The notes under the pieces: generated by a model
The model's database searches: none
What the model was told of the DNA's origin: nothing
The model's input: the letters and a program-made list of their open reading frames with translations, nothing else
Part shown: positions 56,501 through 64,000 of the stretch, one piece after another
How the letters are laid out: each line of letters starts with the position of its first letter
Position numbering within the stretch: the first letter of the stretch is position 1
Position numbers and translations under genes: made by a program
NCBI RefSeq assembly: GCF_009914755.1
Contig: NC_060933.1
Direction: 5' to 3' (one strand)
DNA: 64,000 bases
From: the human T2T-CHM13v2.0 reference genome, Homo sapiens

Positions 56501-58410
56501 GCAAAGAAGGTGCTGGAAAGGGACTCGGGGGGTCCACCCACTCTATGCCCCCGCAGGACGCCAGGGGAAGGGGCCCCAGCCCAGGTGGCCCTGCCTCTAC
56601 CCTTACCTTCCCGGGGGTCGCCTCGGTTCCCACTTATGCGGTGGTCTCGGTGCCCTTGGGCACTTTGGAGATGCGGGCTCTGCCCTTAGGAGCCCAGCCC
56701 CTGGTGGGAGTGGGCGGGCTGGGCTGAGTTGTTTAGCCCAGGCCTGGGGGACCCAGGGACACAGGGAGGGGGAAGGGTACCCGCCTGCTCCCCAGTCGCC
56801 CACGCCTCCATTTTCCCCCAAATCTAGTACGCTTGCAGACACTGCGCCTCAGGGTAGGGTCACCATCCACACTTCTGGGTCGCCCAGAACCAGGGGCATC
56901 TTGTCCCCACCCCAGGCCACCATCGTCCGTGCTCTTCCTCCCGCTGAGCTCTGCCGGGCACCCTCGGAACTGTCTGTCCCTTCACCTGGCCCTGCCCAAG
57001 CACCATCCCCGCTTTATGCCCTGGGGCCCCAGCTCGACCCCTCACCTCACACTCTCAACAGGTTTCTGCGGGATCGCGGGGGTCCTGCCCATCCAAATTC
57101 AGAAAGCTCCGGCGCCAGGTGTTTGCTCACCTCCCCGCTGAACTCCAGGAGCCGCCCTGCGCTGGGCTTGAGTCCCCCAGTACATACTTTTGGGGGGATG
57201 ACGGAGGGAAGGGGGAGGTGGAGACCCTTCCTCTTTCACGGAGGTTGCGGGGGGCCCTCAGGGAAGCAGAGGGGACGAGGGTGGGGGGTGAGGCTGGACT
57301 GTTGGGAGGACATCCCTGGCCTGGCTCGTGCTGAGGTCGTAGCGGGAGGAGGTGGGGTAGGTGGCAGGGGCTCTCCTCCCGAGAGGGGAGGCAAGAAGGA
57401 GCCCGGGCAGGTGCCACCACACGGGGACGTCTGTCCGGGGTGCCCCAGTCTCCTGTGGAGAAGGCGCGGCTCTGGGCCTCGGGCTGGCATCCTGGACTTT
57501 GGGCCAAAGATGGGTGAAGGGTGTTTGGAGCAGAGGGAGGTTATGTAATATAAGGTGGTGTCTCCATCCCTGCTCCGCCCAGCCTTGGCTGCAGGTCAGA
57601 CATGGAGGAGGACGGGGTTGGAGAGGAGGGCAAAAGCTCTCGGGGACCTGGGCCCCTCTCCCGGCCCTGCCCCTGGCCAGGGAGGGATGGACGGGCTGGC
57701 GATCTGGGGCTCCTCAGTGGCAGAGTGGGGCCAAGTTTTTGTTTCCCTAAAGCCCTCGGAATGTCATCAAACCTGCGACTCTCCTGCCGTTGACAACACG
57801 TGTAATTACTGCTAATTAATCACAGATGCAGATGGTGCGGCCTCTCAGTTTTTTCTGAGTTCCCCAGGCAGGAGGGCGTTGGCAGAAAGGCCACCATCTT
57901 GCCCCGGCGGCACCCGCCCAGGGGTGGTGGGACCCCGGCAGCAGCACCGGCCAATCTAGGGACCTGAGGAAAAACCCCCAAGATGCCCACGAGCTGTGTG
58001 GCGGGGGCACAGGCTGAACCTCTGCTGGGGACTTAGCATCCTAGACTTCCCCGAGTGTTCCCCACCCACCCCTCAAAAGCATCTGTGTTCAGCCTGCTGC
58101 CTCCTGGAGAAACAGGGAAGGACCCTCTGGAGAGACACTGGGGAGGCCAGGGACCACAAAGTACATGGCATGCGCCCTCCAAATGGACCTGGCCCTCCCC
58201 CTGGCCCTCGTGGGCACAGTCCTGGCTTAGTGAGGGGCCTGGTCCACCCTGCAAACCAACAAAGCTCTGGGGACAGAAATCGCAGTTCTCCAGAGCTCTG
58301 TGTGAGGCTGAGCCAGGGTGACGCATGTGTAACAGTGTGAGCACGTGCACGGGAAAGGGGGCCCGCAGGGGGACCCTCTGCTTCCTAGTCTTTGGCCTGC
58401 AGCATCTTAA

Positions 58411-59718
<1,308 letters not shown>

Positions 59719-62700
59719 TAAGTGGCTGTCAGATGAGGGCGGGAGTCCTGGGTTCTGGTCACTCCTCGTTCCCCGCTGGCCTATCCCTGGGAGGAGAGGG
59801 CCAGTTGAGAATGGCATTCAGGTGACCTGGAGCTAGCTGTTCCCTGTGCAGTGTCCTGGGATGCCATGCGTCTGCCGTCCACCCAGTGACCAGTGCAGAG
59901 GCACGGACCGGCAGCTGAGTGGGACAGTCCTGAGCGGAGGTTGCCCCAGGATCCAGGTTCCCCATCCTCTTCCCCATCCCTCAGCTCTTGAAAACAGGCA
60001 AGTCTGCCCCTCACCCTGTCCCCAGAGCCAGACTCCAGGGAACCCTGGGCAGAGCCGGTCACTGCCTTGGGCGAACCCCTCCCCACCAGGACAGAGCCCT
60101 TTCTTCTGGATCCTGCCCAGTCTCAGGCTGTCCTGAGGCCAGAGAAGGGGGTGGAAGAGCATACCTGAGAGCGGGAGGCCTGGTGCGGCTGCCTGTTTGT
60201 TCTATGGGACTCAGTTTCCCCGAGTGTAAAATGAGGAGGTAGGGCGGATGGTCTTTAAGGGCTGCCTCTGGTGAGGGACCAGGCTGGAGAGGAGGTTCCC
60301 AGAATCAAGAGGCAGGCACAGCACCCACCTGGCACCCGGGGGAGTCCGGGGTACAGCGTGTGTGAGGAGCAGGTGCTCTGAGGGTGGACAGTGACTTGGT
60401 GATGTCCTTGGGAAGTGGGCACAGCCTGGACGTGCTCTGAGGGGCTATCCGGGGGATGCCTGTCAGGCACAGAGAAAATGACCCCAAGGGGGTCCTGGAT
60501 TGCCCTCATCTTTGTGGGCTGGCCGGCCCCTACCATCTCCCTCCCCAGCCTAGCGTTGCCCTCCCTGGCCATTCTGCTGGAGTTTATCACCTACCCTGCT
60601 GGGCCTGACCTGCTCCAGACGAGCCGGCAGGACAGTGTCCTCAGGGTCCAGCCTTTAGCTCCAGGCCTCATCCTCCGGGTCCTTCCAGACACCTGTCTCT
60701 CCCAATTGGCCCTGCCCACCGGCCCGGGACAGCTCCTCCTCCCCGCTGGACTGAGCTGGCCTCCGTTGCAACAGAGATTCCCTGTCACACTGCAGGCAGA
60801 GCAGCCGCCGGCAGTGGAGGGATGTCAGGCGTCAGGCTTGGGGAGGGAGCAGGACCTGGGCTTGGCTGGGCTCGGGAGCGGGGAGCTGAGCTCCAGGTGA
60901 GGCCAAGGCTTGCGGCCCAGGCAGGTGGCTTCAGCTGCAGAAAGAAGAACCTTCGTGCTGCCTGGTGGTGGGGGGAGCTCTGTGGGGCGGGTTTCCCCAC
61001 CAGCTCTCACATGGGGAGGAGGGTGCCAGGCAACAGCGTGGTCAGAACCCAGGCCCTGGAGTCCATAGGTCTTGGTGCCAGGCCTTGAGCAGGCCTCTGT
61101 CTTTCCTGGGTGCTGGAGGATGCCAGCCTTGGTGCTATGGTTCAGAGGGGCCAGGAGGTGCTTGGACACCCCACCCCACTCCAGTGCCCCAGCTCAAACC
61201 CCCAGCTCCACGCTAGTGGTGTCCCTGAGTCAGCCTCAAGGCCATCAGGCCAGAAAGTGGGGCTCCAGAGAGGAGCTCCTGGCCTTCCAGTTTGCAGGGG
61301 TCTTCACGGGCCTCTGGCCTCCAGGCTCCCTGCTCCCACCTCCATGCCATGGAGTCCCAGGCCCTCAGCTGCCTCCCCACAGGCCCTGGAGATGACAGCT
61401 GTTGTAGGACAGGGAGGGACCAGTGGCCCTGGTGGCCCCAGAGCTGGCAAGTGCCCACCCCCTGCCCAGCGCACTTCGCATCAGAGCCCCTGCCAGGCCT
61501 TTCCTGGAAATACCACTTCCCAGCAGCTGTGCTCCAGGGCGGGCCTGGGACCCTCTAGGCCCTGATGGGATCAGGCCCTGGCATCCTGCCAGGGTACATG
61601 CCTGGCCCAAGGTCCTGGCCAGCCCTCCAGGCCCATATTAGGGAGCAGTGCCTTCAGCAGCAGGAAGTAGCTCAGGGCTCATGGGAAAGGTTTGAGGGCC
61701 CAAGATACCGCCCAGCACTGGCCGGCAGGAGGGACGGCTCAGGCCACAGGGAACTCAGGGGTCTGCTGTGGCCCAGGAGTGGCCACAGTAACAGCTCAGG
61801 AGGACAGAGGTGAGTGAGAAGGGAGCAGACAGGGTCCCCACGAGGGCCTCTGCTTCTGTTCCAGTGGCTGGCCTGGGTGTGGCCTGTGTCCTCGCACCCG
61901 GCAGCCTCCAAGTGTGCTGGTCTGGTTCACCCACCGTATGGGGAGCTCTTGATTAACACAGAAAATTACTTGGGACAAGCCTGGTGTGGCAGTAGTGGGG
62001 CCTTGCTGTGGGGCCATCTCATGCCCTCGGAGGGTGTTGGGGGGCATCTCGGGCTCTCCCCTGAGGCTTTTTGTCCTGCTTCCCCGGGATGCAAACTTGC
62101 AGGCTTTGACCCAGGTGCCATCGGCCCTGGAAAGGGTGGCACTTCTGTGTCTCCCACAAACAATCCCAGGTTTCTCTGCAACAGGAAAGTTTGTCCAAGT
62201 GTGTCCCAGCCCTGCATGGGTGAGGGATGCTGAACGGGTATCGTGTACCCAAAAACAAGTGCTGTGTGTGCATGTGAACCTGGGCGCTCCGTGAGCCAGG
62301 CAGGCGCACCGTGGGCACGTGTGTGAGAGCTGGAGGAGGATGTGTGGGGCCCGCCAGCCAGCTTGTGTGACCTTGAAGTCACCGGTCATGAGTCTGGGGA
62401 AAGGCAGGCTGGGCTCAGCGTGCCCGTGCTAGGTGGCTGGGTGCCAAGACCCGGTTAAATGGGCATCTTTCAAAGGTGTCTTGGGACCTCTCCCAGCTGT
62501 GTGTGTGGATAAGGCCACCCATGTTCACCCAGACCCACTTTCACCTGTGGAACTTGGAAGTGAGCCAGCGGGGCTGGAACTGAGGCCAGGATGCGATTGG
62601 CCCAGGGAGGTGAGACCAGTACTAGCAGCTGGCAAGTGTAACAGGTTTGCAGGGGACAGTGGCAGGGCAGAGGCCGCGAGCTTCCTGGGGTAGGTCCCTG

Positions 62701-62944
62701 GGAAGGCCCTCCTTGAGAGGGGGCCTCCAGCTGCTCCCTAGATCGGGGGCGGGAGGTGGGGGAGGTGGGAGAGGAGGGTGGCCTCACTGGAGCAGAGGTG
62801 GGGGCATCAGGAGATGGAGGGCATTGCAGGACCAGGGTCTGGACTGGCACAAGGCGGGCGCCCCGGGAGGAGCAGAGGGCCTGGAGGAGCTTCTGGGAAC
62901 TGTGTCTGTGAGGTTGGTCCATCCCAGCACTGAGATGCAGTAGC

Positions 62945-63075
62945 TGTGTCAGCTCTGGCGAGTCACTTCACCTCTCTGGGCCTCAGTTTCCTCATCTGTA
63001 GAATGGGAATGCTAGCATGGACCTTACGAGGTTGTGTTGAGCCCATGCTGACAGCACATACTCGGTGTTTACAAA
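62945..63075. mobile_element. MIR SINE in KCNT1 intron 1
   Basis: MIR core agtcacttcacctctctgggcctcagtttcctcatctgtagaatggg. Confidence 0.85.
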
Positions 63076-63850
63076 GCTGTGTTGGCGTCGGGAGCTTGCA
63101 CACCAGCCAGTTCGTCTTTGCCTTGTCACGCACCAGCCTGTGTTGACACGTCAGAGCTAAGCATTTGTCCGGTGACTTCCCAAGATGGATTCTTAAAAGT
63201 GGAATTGCCCAGTCAAAAGATTCCCACAGTGTTAATGTTTGCCGCATGGCCCACGGCCCCCAGGGGTGAGAATGGCTCCTCCTCACAACAGTGCCGGGGT
63301 GTGGTGTGTGCCAGCTGCCACCGTCTCCTCCTTGGCACCGTCGCCCTGGGGCACCTGTGTCCTGCCAGGCACCACTCAGGCCTCGGAGGCTGAGACACAG
63401 CTGGCCCCTTGGTGCCCAGGAAAGGCACACAGGCCTCCTCCTTTGTAGCCACTCTGGGGCACTCCACAAGAGGGGCAAAGAGGGCTTCCATCTGCCTGTG
63501 ACTCCCTCCAGGGGCCAGAAGTGGGTCCTCATGCTTCACAGGCACCAATAGTGCTTTTGCCTGGGGCAGACCCCAGCTGTGACAGACAGCCAGGGCTCAG
63601 ACCACCACACCCAGCAGCTTTCCAGTAGATTTTCCTGACCCCAGCCACATTGAGGGAGGGGGCTGGGGCAGGTATTGGGAGCGCCAGTGAGTTGGTCATT
63701 TTCTGAGCATGATGGCAGCTCAGGGTACGGGCCCCTAGATGGAGCAGGGGCCCTGTGCCTCAGCCTCCCTAAAGTGGCCCAGCCCTCCCAGAGTTCATTG
63801 GTGCTGAGGAAATGAAGCCTCACTTGTGCCTCAGTTCCCAGACAGGCCCA

Positions 63851-63990
63851 AGGCCAGGCACGGTGGGTCATGCCTGTGATCTCGGTGCTTTTGGAGGCTA
63901 AGGCGGGAGGATTGTTTGAGGCCAGGAGTTGGAGACCAACTTAAGCAACATAGCAAGACCCCTGTCTCTACAAAAAAAAAAAAAATTAAA
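63851..63990 (+). mobile_element. Alu left monomer/FLAM or start of an AluJ
   Basis: ggccaggcacggtgggtcatgcctgtg…ctgtctctacaaaaaa. Confidence 0.85.
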
Positions 63991-64000
63991 AATTAAGATC

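Overview
Primate (human-like) genomic DNA matching the LCN9-SOHLH1-KCNT1 interval, known as human 9q34.3. Bases 1-11.1 kb are a nest of ERV1/ERVL LTRs and Alus inside a decayed MER4-group internal region, many with readable target-site duplications (TSDs). Bases 12.8-19.3 kb are a gag-deleted two-LTR provirus (tRNA-Arg PBS, PABL/HERV-R(b)-like) ending about 360 bp upstream of the LCN9 TATA box. LCN9 (+, 7 coding exons) carries an in-frame TAG in its canonical 102-nt exon 5. Next comes an apparently decayed second lipocalin gene (TATA, exon 1 with TGA, exon 2 with a GT>AT donor), whose translation closely resembles the dog allergen Can f 2 as I recall it. Several VNTRs follow, then the complete SOHLH1 gene (-, 8 exons, two C-terminal isoforms) with an E-box/NRF1 promoter, and KCNT1 exon 1 (+) in a CpG island. 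Most ORFs in the supplied track are spurious. Repeat subfamily names and protein comparisons are from memory, not from searches.
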